The notes under the pieces: model-generated
Databases searched by the model: none
The model's input: only the letters and a program-made list of their open reading frames with translations
Told to the model about the DNA's origin: nothing
Part shown: positions 28,672-38,167 of the stretch, one piece after another
Layout of the letters: each line of letters starts with the position of its first letter
Numbering within the stretch: the stretch's first letter is position 1
Origin: Candidatus Poribacteria bacterium
GTDB taxonomy: Bacteria; Poribacteria; WGA-4E; JAJDTR01
Direction: 5' to 3'
DNA: 64,000 nt
Assembly (NCBI GenBank): GCA_965232535.1
Contig: CBDDPW010000023.1
Span: 736,798-800,797 of the forward strand
Made by a program: the position numbers and the translations under genes

Positions 28672-30975
28672 ATGAGTGTCCTAATGCTCTTGTTGATATC
28701 AATTTTGCCAGCGCTCCTTATTGCCGAGGGGACCGGCCGAATTAACGGGTACTTGTATGACAAGGTCACCGGAGAACCGTTGCCCTATGCCAATGTAATG
28801 TTGCAAAACACTCAGTTTACCGCAACAACCGATGTGCGTGGATATTATGTATTGAGCGGCATACCGCCGGGTAAATACAAGCTAATCGTTTCAGCGACAC
28901 GATTTGAGCGGGCCGAAAAGGAAATAGAAGTTCAACCCGGCGGCGAAATGAGATTGGACGTTGAGGTCGCGCCGGTAGCTATCCAACTCGATGAAGTGGA
29001 GGTGACTGGCGAAAAAACGCGATTCAAAGAGGAAGTGGAAATCAGCCGTACGAATATCAGTTCCCAAGAGATCGTCAATACCCCATCATTTGTTGAAGCC
29101 GATGTATTTCGGACAATACAGCAACTCCCAAGCGTTTCTTCACAAAGTGACTTTAGCTCTGCGCTGGTCGTGCGTGGTGGCAGCCCCGATGAAAACCTGA
29201 TATTGGTTGATGGCGCGGAGATTTATAATCCATATCATCTTGTCGGGCTATTCTCGACGTTTAACGCCGATACCATCGCGGATGCGAAATTCCTCGCTGG
29301 CGGTTATCCCGCAGAATACCCGGGCAGACTTTCATCTATTTTGGACATTACATCAAGAGAGGGAAAGCAAGTCAAAGGAAAGGGAGAAATCTCGCTGCTC
29401 AGCAGCAAGATGATGCTGGAGGGACCGTTCTATAAAGGCGCTTGGATTATATCCGGTAGAAGGACCTATTTTGATCTCATCGCCGACCGGTTCAATCAAG
29501 CGAGGGGAGAAGATCAGGATTGGAAATACTATTTCTGGGACGGCCAAATCAAGATTTTTAGCGATCTGAATTCCGAAAACAGGTTGACGTTTTCGACCTT
29601 CGACGGACGCGATGTCTTGAAGTTCTTCCTTGATGAGGAGAGTTCTGATGAAAAGACAGATTTTAGCTGGGATTGGGGAAATAACGCCCCCAGTCTAAAG
29701 TGGCGGTTTGTACCGAACGCAACGTTCTTCTCTGAATTTGTACTGACACACTCGAATTTTGATTTCGACTTAAGTCTTATAAACACGGAGATTGACAGTG
29801 ATGGAAACGAGGACGAAACCATCGCCAGCGCCATCAATCAAATTCGGGATTTTTCAGTCTCGGAAAAGTTAACATGGTATCTCTCTCCTAAGCACACCCT
29901 CAAAATGGGAGCGGCGATTAAGAATCTAAGCATGAAATTTGACTTTCATGTGGATAACGTCAATTTCTTTGACATCAAGCAAAGCCCTTACGTTCTCAGC
30001 GCTTTTGTTCAAGATAGATGGAAAGTCAATGACCTGCTCTCGTTTCAACTGGGATTGCGGGGTTCCAAATATGAGTTACATGATAAAATCTATCTTGATC
30101 CGCGACTCGGATTCAAATACTTAATGTCGGAAGATTGGGCATTCAAGGGGAGTTGGGGTAGGTTCAATCAATTCCATTTCACCGTCAATGACGAAGATCA
30201 GGTGTTGCAGATTGTCGATTTCTGGTTGCCGGTACCTGAAGAATTCGATGCCATACGGAATCAGCACTTCATTCTAGGAATAGAGAGATGGTTCAATCCG
30301 GGGTTTACCGGTTCTATTGAAACCTATTATAAACCTTACGGCAACGTCCTCACAAACAATCCGGATAACGATCCGGGCATTGAGTTTGACGAATTTATTG
30401 CCGGCACGGGACGTGTTTGGGGGTTGGAACTTTTTCTGAAGAAAACCACCGGTAAAGTTTCAGGCTGGTTTGGCTATTCATACTCTAATGTTGAAAGAAA
30501 ATTTGATTTCAACGGCGATGGGATGGTCGAAGAAACTGAAAATCAAGCATCCGAGATTTATGCGCCCAAATACTCAAGACCACATTCGCTCAACCTGGTC
30601 GCCAGTTATCAGGCGAGCAAGAGGAATCGGATTTCGTTGTCCTGGACCATGTCAAGCGGTCAACCGTACACACCGGTCGTGGGCAAAGTCTATCATGAGG
30701 ACGGCGCGCTGGATGATCCCTACGCGCGAGTCATTAGTATTCAGGGTAGGCGGAATTCCTCCCGTTATCCCGCCTATGTTCGAGGAGATATCGCATGGAT
30801 TAGAGACATCTCACCCTTTGGAGTAAACGGGAGATTTAAGCTTCAGGTCATCAATTTTACGAATCATTATAACTATCTGGTCTATCTTTGGAATCATGAT
30901 AGGTCACCTTCGGAAGTCCGAGCAATCAGCATGTTCCCGATCATCCCGTCTTTTGGATTAGAGTTTGAGTTCTAG
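28672..30975 (+). CDS. TonB-dependent-receptor-like outer-membrane protein with an N-terminal carboxypeptidase-regulatory-like domain and a plug domain
   Basis: GRINGYLYDKVTGEPLPYANVMLQNT...TDVRGYYVLSGIPPGKYKLIVS (CarboxypepD_reg-like). VFRTIQQLPSVSSQSDFSSALVVRGGSPDENLILVDGAEIYNPYHL (plug). Terminal ...SFGLEFEF. Start moved to the ATG at 28672 (signal peptide MSVLMLLLISILPALLIAEG). Confidence 0.8.
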   Translation: MSVLMLLLISILPALLIAEGTGRINGYLYDKVTGEPLPYANVMLQNTQFTATTDVRGYYVLSGIPPGKYKLIVSATRFERAEKEIEVQPGGEMRLDVEVAPVAIQLDEVEVTGEKTRFKEEVEISRTNISSQEIVNTPSFVEADVFRTIQQLPSVSSQSDFSSALVVRGGSPDENLILVDGAEIYNPYHLVGLFSTFNADTIADAKFLAGGYPAEYPGRLSSILDITSREGKQVKGKGEISLLSSKMMLEGPFYKGAWIISGRRTYFDLIADRFNQARGEDQDWKYYFWDGQIKIFSDLNSENRLTFSTFDGRDVLKFFLDEESSDEKTDFSWDWGNNAPSLKWRFVPNATFFSEFVLTHSNFDFDLSLINTEIDSDGNEDETIASAINQIRDFSVSEKLTWYLSPKHTLKMGAAIKNLSMKFDFHVDNVNFFDIKQSPYVLSAFVQDRWKVNDLLSFQLGLRGSKYELHDKIYLDPRLGFKYLMSEDWAFKGSWGRFNQFHFTVNDEDQVLQIVDFWLPVPEEFDAIRNQHFILGIERWFNPGFTGSIETYYKPYGNVLTNNPDNDPGIEFDEFIAGTGRVWGLELFLKKTTGKVSGWFGYSYSNVERKFDFNGDGMVEETENQASEIYAPKYSRPHSLNLVASYQASKRNRISLSWTMSSGQPYTPVVGKVYHEDGALDDPYARVISIQGRRNSSRYPAYVRGDIAWIRDISPFGVNGRFKLQVINFTNHYNYLVYLWNHDRSPSEVRAISMFPIIPSFGLEFEF

Positions 30976-30985
30976 GAGCAAAACC

Positions 30986-31981
30986 GTGCAAATGATTAAA
31001 ATCCTGCTAATTGTGCTTTTGTCCACGATTTGTCTCTCATGTGAACGAGAACTGGAAGTTGCCGATTTCAAAGATGACTTCGGAAATTACCAACCGGAAT
31101 TAAAAGTTACGGGGCGGCTTCGGCAGGATAATCCGGCAGATTCCATCATTCGGATAATAAGAACCGAGGCGATTACGGATTCTGATGTATTCGACGGAAT
31201 CGATAATGACGGAGATGGGCGAATCGATGAACACGATGAAACCCTTCCGCTTATCCAGGATACGACGGCTATCGTCACAGTGACAAATTTGAACTCCGGT
31301 GTAGAATACGAATTTCAGTATGTTGAGCTAGCTGATAGGATTGTCATTTGGTATCACGAGGGACCCAACGGCGAGCAAACCAGAAATGAAATCCCCGATG
31401 GAGGCTACAAACCAAAGTCAAACCGTTTTCAGGTAGAACTATACGCACCATATCGAATAGAAGTCTATTCCAAAGCGTTCGATAAAACGGTTACCGGCGT
31501 AACAACGGTTTATCCTCCGGTTGAATTCATCGATATTGACACACTCTCGACCTTTGATGACGACCACATGACACTAAAGACCAATGATGAAAAGACAATC
31601 TATTGGAAATCGGATTTGAATGTAACTTCGTACTTCGTGACGGTTGAAATATCGGAGCGCAAACGTGAGGATACACCAGAATCTGGATTCGTCCCTTCTA
31701 CTTCATCTTCATCATCTAGGGATAACGATCTGACGGAAAAGCACGGTGTTTCGATTGGAAAAGAAAACTTCTTTGTGAGCCGGGAATCAAATGCTGGCAA
31801 AGTCCTGAGAATTACGGTTGAAGCGCTCAGTCCGGAATATGGAAGTTATGTCTTTTCATCATTGCCATTGAATGATGCGCGAAGATCCAATCTTCGAGAT
31901 CAGGACGGGAAACCCGTGATGGGCGCTTTTGGGGCAAGCGCGGCGAGAAGCATATTTGTGTCGATAGAAGAATCAAGGTGA
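30986..31981 (+). CDS. Putative lipoprotein, possibly DUF4249-like, with an acidic DNDGDGRIDEHDE (Ca-binding-like) motif
   Basis: VQMIKILLIVLLSTICLSC signal/lipobox-like leader. AGGAG lies 7 nt before the GTG at 30986. Position right after a CarboxypepD_reg-type TonB receptor is typical for DUF4249. The family assignment is from memory only. Confidence 0.45.
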   Translation: MQMIKILLIVLLSTICLSCERELEVADFKDDFGNYQPELKVTGRLRQDNPADSIIRIIRTEAITDSDVFDGIDNDGDGRIDEHDETLPLIQDTTAIVTVTNLNSGVEYEFQYVELADRIVIWYHEGPNGEQTRNEIPDGGYKPKSNRFQVELYAPYRIEVYSKAFDKTVTGVTTVYPPVEFIDIDTLSTFDDDHMTLKTNDEKTIYWKSDLNVTSYFVTVEISERKREDTPESGFVPSTSSSSSRDNDLTEKHGVSIGKENFFVSRESNAGKVLRITVEALSPEYGSYVFSSLPLNDARRSNLRDQDGKPVMGAFGASAARSIFVSIEESR

Positions 31982-32281
31982 AACCGACCGTTCCTGCATG
32001 GGAAGTAGCTTTACAATCCGATAACCAACAATTCAATCTCCATCGTCCACACGACGTGGAGTTACATTTAAACCAAAAATCATTTGTACACTGCGGCAAG
32101 TTCGGTTTCCTTACTGAACCCGCATTTATCCATTCTCGTAGGTGCGATTTGAAAGGGATCGCTATCGTGCGGGATTTGCTATCGCACTCGTTATTCACTA
32201 GTTTGATCCTTATCCAGTCGCTTGATGGCACCTAACCGAAATATGTGCAAATGTGAATTCAATTGACTATAGGAGGAAAAA

Positions 32282-32962
32282 ATGCGATTAACAAGATGTC
32301 ATAGCTGTGTGGTGCTTTTAATGCTATCTGCAGTGGTTTGGACCGGGTGTGCCGCGAAAATCGTAGATGATTCACAGCTCCAGTATCTCGCCCCGGAATT
32401 TACGGTTGGCTCGATCTTCGATCACGGTTTGGGCTTACTGCCCGTGGTTGCAGGGCAAGGACAGGAAGGACTGCGCAGGCCGTTGGCAGCAAAACTTGAA
32501 GCCCATCTTACCGCTCAATTGCCGGAGGGAAGATTCTATGGGGCAATTCAGATGCTCGATCTGATTAACGAAGCGAACTTGACTGAAGCCTATGCACAGA
32601 TGATTGGTGACTATGAGCAAGCCGCGATCCTCAATAAGAGAACGCTCCACGAAATTGGTAAAGCGACAGGAATTAGATACCTCCTGCACGTGAAACTCTT
32701 GGATCAATCTCGTACAGAACGACTTGCAAAGGCTCTTCTATCGGACGATATCGTCAGTTTGGAGGGCAAAAACGTCACCATCTTCGGACAGGTTTGGGAT
32801 TGCGGCTTGGGCGACGTTGTTTGGGAAGGTACGGGCGAAGTTGCCGCAGAGGCTGAAGTTGAATTCCAATATGTAAAGCATGACATTGACTACCTCGTCA
32901 ATGTGGCGGCTCAATCTTTCTTGAACCACCTTCCGGGCGTTCAAATTCCGCGCGTCAATTAA
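32282..32962 (+). CDS. Hypothetical lipoprotein
   Basis: Leader MRLTRCHSCVVLLMLSAVVWTGC (lipobox WTGC). AGGAGG Shine-Dalgarno sequence. No family recognised. Confidence 0.6.
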   Translation: MRLTRCHSCVVLLMLSAVVWTGCAAKIVDDSQLQYLAPEFTVGSIFDHGLGLLPVVAGQGQEGLRRPLAAKLEAHLTAQLPEGRFYGAIQMLDLINEANLTEAYAQMIGDYEQAAILNKRTLHEIGKATGIRYLLHVKLLDQSRTERLAKALLSDDIVSLEGKNVTIFGQVWDCGLGDVVWEGTGEVAAEAEVEFQYVKHDIDYLVNVAAQSFLNHLPGVQIPRVN

Positions 32963-32996
32963 GCATGACTTAACTATCTGAAGGAGGCATGTACCC

Positions 32997-33671
32997 ATGA
33001 GAATCACAAGCACTACCAATCAATCTTTTAATACGGCTTGGACGTTAAGCATCGGAATCTATTTAACCGTGTTGTGTTTTATATTCTTCGGTTGCGGCGG
33101 GTCAACCCGGAACGATCCATATCGTATTCCTGAACTTAAGCCGACAGGTTCCGGCAAAACTACGGTTCCCCAAAAATCCGTTAAGCAACCGTCATCATTA
33201 CCGCCGAGTGCTGAGATTAATCGAGGTCAGTTGCGTCCTTTGGTTGAAACCTTCAAATCACAACAGCCGCAGAATTTCAATGCACTTAACGCTACCACGG
33301 TTGGTAGACCATACAGTTTGACGATTGTTTCCAACTGCGACTTGGATGTTTTGAAGGGATTCATCGCGAAACGCTGGGCACCAATTGTGTCTTTGCGTAC
33401 TAGCGGTCGCTCACGACTTTGGGCTATGGTCGGATACAGTCCGGCCGGTGAGGTTATACTGGAGAACCCGGTGGACAATCGAAGGAGAACCTTGTCGGAA
33501 GAGGAATTCAAAACTCAATGGGAATTGACATCGGATAGCAGATACGCCCTAATAACACCGGGCAGATTAGACCAAGCGAAAGTCCAGATGGCGTTAAATC
33601 GCTATCTTCCTCAATCCAAAGCGAGTCAAGTTAGAGTCACTCGGTCGTTGCAGGGGCGCGCTCGTAACTGA
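32997..33671 (+). CDS. Hypothetical lipoprotein
   Basis: Leader ...IGIYLTVLCFIFFGCGG (lipobox FFGC), then a Pro/Ser-rich linker and a ~120-aa globular C-terminus. No family recognised. Confidence 0.55.
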   Translation: MRITSTTNQSFNTAWTLSIGIYLTVLCFIFFGCGGSTRNDPYRIPELKPTGSGKTTVPQKSVKQPSSLPPSAEINRGQLRPLVETFKSQQPQNFNALNATTVGRPYSLTIVSNCDLDVLKGFIAKRWAPIVSLRTSGRSRLWAMVGYSPAGEVILENPVDNRRRTLSEEEFKTQWELTSDSRYALITPGRLDQAKVQMALNRYLPQSKASQVRVTRSLQGRARN

Positions 33672-33783
33672 CTGTGGTGGTTCTTGACCCCGAATCCTGC
33701 TAGGAATGATGTGAAGTCCATCATGAATCAATCCGTAGAGATTCTATGCGAGTCTGTAGTCCTATAGGAAGGAGGTTGTGCGG

Positions 33784-36700
33784 ATGACGAGAAATGCCGC
33801 CCTAGGCACTACGTATGTGTTAATGTTAAGCCTCTGCTCTATTTGGGGCGAATCTTGGGCAGGCGAGGAGGAACTTTCGGAGATTCTCGTTGGACAAGAT
33901 TTGCGCTACGTAGAGGTTGGCGGTAATTATCTGTGGTTTGCAACCAGCAACGGTGTTAGTCGATACAATACCGACACCAAGTCATGGGATGCCTTCACCA
34001 TCAAAGATGGGCTAATCAGTAACGAGGTAAACTGCATTGCCATCGAGTGGAAGGAAGGGGTTTTTCGTAAGACTCCAACCCAGCGTGTCTGGTTCGGCAC
34101 TGACTCCGGTCTGTCGGTATACGACATGAGTAATAACAAATGGCAGAGTTATACCGTCAAAGATGGTTTGATTGCGAACAAAATCGAGTGCATCTCTGCG
34201 CGCCGTGATTGGATCTGGGTAGGTACTGAACAAGGCGCAAGCGCCTATCAACGCAAGAAGAACCGCTGGCAGTCCCATTCGACATTTTCAGGCATCGCGT
34301 CTCCTTCGGTAACAGCCATCTATCACGATTCCGCCTATGTTTGGATTGGCACCAATAACGGTTTAGCTAGGTACAATTATAAGTACAAACAGTGGGAACA
34401 CTTCACTCGGGAAAGTAGCTCGTGGATTGGCACGAGGGGCGGCAATCGCGGTGTGCGCCGTTCTCCACTGCCAAGCGACCAAATTAACGACATCCGAGGC
34501 AGCGGGGAAATCGTTTATATTGCCACGGGTAACGGGTTTTTGAGAGTTACAAACAAGAAATTCCGGAGTGGAGTCGATCTTGCCCGAGCCGACAAAGCGT
34601 ATTCGAAATTAAAACTCCCTCAGAAATACAACGCCGATCTGCGGACGCGAAGCCGACGACTGTCACGCGGCGCTAATGCTGCACAGCTACGCGCAGCCGA
34701 AGCAGAATATAGTAGAGCGCAGAAATCATTCTCTCGCGCCGAGGCGGAGGCCTGGGCTGCCCTCGGTTGGCAAATTTACCAGCCATCGACGGTCGTCCAA
34801 GACAGGGAAAAACGGGGGCGGATATCGGATCGGATTCTCGCACTGCAAATTTCCGCGGGTCAGGTATGGATGGCAACCAACACAGGGCTCTTAAAGTTCG
34901 ATACAAAGATGCAGAGTTGGGATTGGCATCATCAAGAGATGGGGCTGGTGTCCGATCGGATTAATTCTCTGGGAATAACGGGAAACACAATCTGGATTGC
35001 CACCGATCATGGACTTTCAAGATTTGGAACACTCTCGGGCAACTGGATAAACTACGTGGCTGAGCGTGCACTTCCGTCTGCCGACGTATTGGCGATTGGT
35101 GAAGATACCGAAGGTGTTTGGCTTGCAACTCCCAAGGCGATAAGTCTATTTAATCCAAGCACGGAACGTTGGAAAACCTACACAAACGAAGAAGGTTTGG
35201 GTGGAGGAAGGGTCGCGTGCCTAGATGTTGTTGGAAATTTTGTCTGGGTTGGGACCGACCAAGGTATTTCACGCTTTAACAAATCCGATCAGACATGGGT
35301 GTACTTCCGAGCAGCGAAGAGCGGGTTGGTGGCCGATGAGATTACTACGACCTTAGTCGATGGAAAACAGATTTGGATCGGCACTCACGTCGGACTCAAC
35401 AGATATGATAATACTACAGGAGAATGGACCGCCTTTTCTACACGTTTAGGGCTGGCGGGCAATCGAATTACCGACCTCGCCGCTGATCCAAGCTATGTGT
35501 GGGTTGGCACCGAAGCAGGGCTGTCCCGGTACAACAAATCGGATGGTAGTTGGCACACTATTCCCGAATTGGGAACGGTTCCGATTCTTGCAACTGTCCA
35601 AAATGATAGAACGCTTGCAGTTTCGACAGAGCATGGAATTTATCTCCGTGATGACGAATTGGGTTGGCGTCAGCTTCAAATTAAACCGGAGCATCCCAGT
35701 GATACCATAGTTCTTGACGGGAAACTTCTCTGGTTGGGCGGATGGCGGCACATAGTGCGGCATGATCTGCAATCCGGTCAAACCCGCAAGTTCACCGAAG
35801 ATGACGCTCAAGGGCTTTCTCGTGCGCGAGTAAATGACATCAAAAACTCACTTCGTTATATTTGGGTCGCAACAGATGGAGGGATATACAAGTATAACAA
35901 GGAAGATGGGACGTGGTGGAGTTATGCACCAAGTCGGGAACGAGGCACCACGGAAGTGCTGGCTAATCGAAACATTTTGGCGATTGCTGTGAGTGATGAA
36001 TTTCTCTTTTTTGGCACTCCAAATGGGATTAGCAGGTACGACAAAGTAGCGGATTCATGGCTGAATTATTCCGTGAATGACGGCTTAATCCATCGCTATG
36101 TTTCTAGCTTAGCTTGGGACGGAGAATTTCTGTGGGCGGGGACGCATGGCGGGCTAAGCAAATACAGTTTGGGCAGCGATCTGTGGACTAACTTCACACG
36201 TACCGAGGGGCTGTGTGACAATCGCATAAATGCTATTGTCGCAGACGAAAATGTGATGTGGATTGCTACGCTAGCAGGTGTTTCACGCTTTGACACACAT
36301 GCTGGGACTTGGCAGACATTTACTACCGAAGATGGACTTCCGCACAACGTTGTCTGGACGGTGGCAATCGATGGTGATAAGGTCTGGTTTGGCACAAACG
36401 ATGGCGCGGCAAGGTACGACCCTACAGAAGACAAGTGGCAAATTTACACGACGGTTGACGGTTTGATTAACAACCTCGTCAATTCTATCAATATTGACGG
36501 CAAGTATACCTTCCTCACGGGCCCTTCCGGGGTAACGATTTACGACACAGAGATTGGTTCCCTATCCCCATATTCACGCAAAGACGGTTTAGTCGCCAGC
36601 GAAGCCAAGAGTATAGGATCCAAGGAGAAGTATCACTGGATTGGCACCATCGACGGTATCACGCTCTACAACCAGATAACCGATCTCTCTCGGGATTTTA

Positions 36701-38091
36701 CGGTGGCAGAGGGATTGCCTTCCGACAACATCCGGGTTGTTGCTGTCGATGAAGATGAAATCTGGTTCGGCACGGACGCCGGGCTCGCTCGTCATCATTG
36801 GAAGAATGGCGTCTGGACGGTCTATTCGGAGGCGCCCGCGGAGGTTGCCTCCACTCCCTTGGATTTAATGAGTAACAACGTGAAATCAGTGGTTTCTGAT
36901 GGTGATGGTTTGTGGGTTGGAACCCGAGTTGGATTGGCGCGTTATGACAAAATCTTGCATACTTGGCATGTCGCCGATTTGAGCTATGATCCGCTCAGAA
37001 ACACGGAGATTACTCAGATAGTTGAACTTGAAAGAACCCTTAAAAGAACCGTCGATAACACGGCCGAGGCTGTCGAGGAGGCACTGCGAGCAACATCGCC
37101 CACGACAGAACAAAAGGTTTACGTTGAATACGATCCTGTTGTGGCGCAAGAGAAAGCGGTCCAATTCCTCCATGAAGCGATAATTCGGAAGACCCCCATG
37201 CCGAACGATCCAATCTTCCCGTCACCATTCTTGGACCTCAAAATTGCCTTACCTTCGCACCCTGTAGTTCGTGTCATCGAACCAGTTTTCAGTACTCTCT
37301 GGATTGGCACAGAGGCGGGAGTCATCGTTTATGATAAGGCGCATGAGGAGGCGATAGCGACGCATCCCTTGCTTCCGTGGGTGCGGGACATCAAATTTCA
37401 TCAGGGCAGGATTTGGGTGTTGTGCGATGACATGATTGCCGTTTATGATTTTAAGGCAGATTCATGGACACTCATATCCGGACGGCAAGTAATAGAGCAA
37501 ACACGTGCTGGGACTTCCATAGGCTACACTGAAAAAATTGAAGAATCTTCCGATGACTGGGGAATTGTCGATTGTACAGCCATGACGTTTATGGATGACC
37601 AAGTCTGGATCGGACGTGAAAACGGCTTAAGGATTCTTAAAGCAGACTTCCCACGATTCGAGTCGGAATCCGAAATCGACATCCCGGAATACCTTCGGGA
37701 GGCAGAAATCACCGCGCTCGATTCCGATGGACTCAACACGTGGATCGGGACCAGGCATGGACTGTATCGATACCATCTAAAAACGGGCGCGTGGACGCCC
37801 TACACGGTTCTAAACGGTATCGCCGGTAATGAGATTAGTACCATTTCTGCAGGTGAAAAGCATGTTTGGGTTGGCACGGCAGGTGAAGGGCTTAGTTGGT
37901 ACGACAAATCATTACGGGAATGGGTGAGTTTTAGGCTTGAAGACGGTGTAGCGGACAACAACATCCGCAGCATTGCGCTGGATGGGAAATACATTTGGAT
38001 TGGTACGTTCTCGGCGGGAGTTTGCCGTTATGACTTGACGACTGAACTCTGGACGACCTACCAGACAGCAGATCAGATCGCGCGAAGATAG
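33784..38091 (+). CDS. Secreted 1,435-aa protein built almost entirely of two-component-regulator-propeller (Reg_prop) beta-propeller repeats; no output domain
   Basis: Dozens of repeats of the form W[IV]GT..G[LI]SR[YF][ND]......W..[YF]T..DGL. Signal peptide LMLSLCSIWGESWA. ATG at 33784 lies 8 nt after AGGAGG. No Y_Y_Y, HisKA, HATPase or receiver-like sequence seen. Confidence 0.8.
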   Translation: MTRNAALGTTYVLMLSLCSIWGESWAGEEELSEILVGQDLRYVEVGGNYLWFATSNGVSRYNTDTKSWDAFTIKDGLISNEVNCIAIEWKEGVFRKTPTQRVWFGTDSGLSVYDMSNNKWQSYTVKDGLIANKIECISARRDWIWVGTEQGASAYQRKKNRWQSHSTFSGIASPSVTAIYHDSAYVWIGTNNGLARYNYKYKQWEHFTRESSSWIGTRGGNRGVRRSPLPSDQINDIRGSGEIVYIATGNGFLRVTNKKFRSGVDLARADKAYSKLKLPQKYNADLRTRSRRLSRGANAAQLRAAEAEYSRAQKSFSRAEAEAWAALGWQIYQPSTVVQDREKRGRISDRILALQISAGQVWMATNTGLLKFDTKMQSWDWHHQEMGLVSDRINSLGITGNTIWIATDHGLSRFGTLSGNWINYVAERALPSADVLAIGEDTEGVWLATPKAISLFNPSTERWKTYTNEEGLGGGRVACLDVVGNFVWVGTDQGISRFNKSDQTWVYFRAAKSGLVADEITTTLVDGKQIWIGTHVGLNRYDNTTGEWTAFSTRLGLAGNRITDLAADPSYVWVGTEAGLSRYNKSDGSWHTIPELGTVPILATVQNDRTLAVSTEHGIYLRDDELGWRQLQIKPEHPSDTIVLDGKLLWLGGWRHIVRHDLQSGQTRKFTEDDAQGLSRARVNDIKNSLRYIWVATDGGIYKYNKEDGTWWSYAPSRERGTTEVLANRNILAIAVSDEFLFFGTPNGISRYDKVADSWLNYSVNDGLIHRYVSSLAWDGEFLWAGTHGGLSKYSLGSDLWTNFTRTEGLCDNRINAIVADENVMWIATLAGVSRFDTHAGTWQTFTTEDGLPHNVVWTVAIDGDKVWFGTNDGAARYDPTEDKWQIYTTVDGLINNLVNSINIDGKYTFLTGPSGVTIYDTEIGSLSPYSRKDGLVASEAKSIGSKEKYHWIGTIDGITLYNQITDLSRDFTVAEGLPSDNIRVVAVDEDEIWFGTDAGLARHHWKNGVWTVYSEAPAEVASTPLDLMSNNVKSVVSDGDGLWVGTRVGLARYDKILHTWHVADLSYDPLRNTEITQIVELERTLKRTVDNTAEAVEEALRATSPTTEQKVYVEYDPVVAQEKAVQFLHEAIIRKTPMPNDPIFPSPFLDLKIALPSHPVVRVIEPVFSTLWIGTEAGVIVYDKAHEEAIATHPLLPWVRDIKFHQGRIWVLCDDMIAVYDFKADSWTLISGRQVIEQTRAGTSIGYTEKIEESSDDWGIVDCTAMTFMDDQVWIGRENGLRILKADFPRFESESEIDIPEYLREAEITALDSDGLNTWIGTRHGLYRYHLKTGAWTPYTVLNGIAGNEISTISAGEKHVWVGTAGEGLSWYDKSLREWVSFRLEDGVADNNIRSIALDGKYIWIGTFSAGVCRYDLTTELWTTYQTADQIARR

Positions 38092-38167
38092 ACCACTCGT
38101 GCGTATCCAAATGTTGACCAGAATGAAGCCGGCGAGTAAAAGTTCGTGAAAGGCGCACAAGAGCAGG

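Noticed and set aside
31978-32235. 85-aa ORF (and the 134-aa antisense ORF at 31827-32231) in the 300-nt gap between the lipoprotein genes
   Set aside because: It has no Shine-Dalgarno sequence and no recognisable features, and the two candidates overlap each other. I treated the gap as non-coding. It contains a 9-bp bulged hairpin at about 32038-32062.
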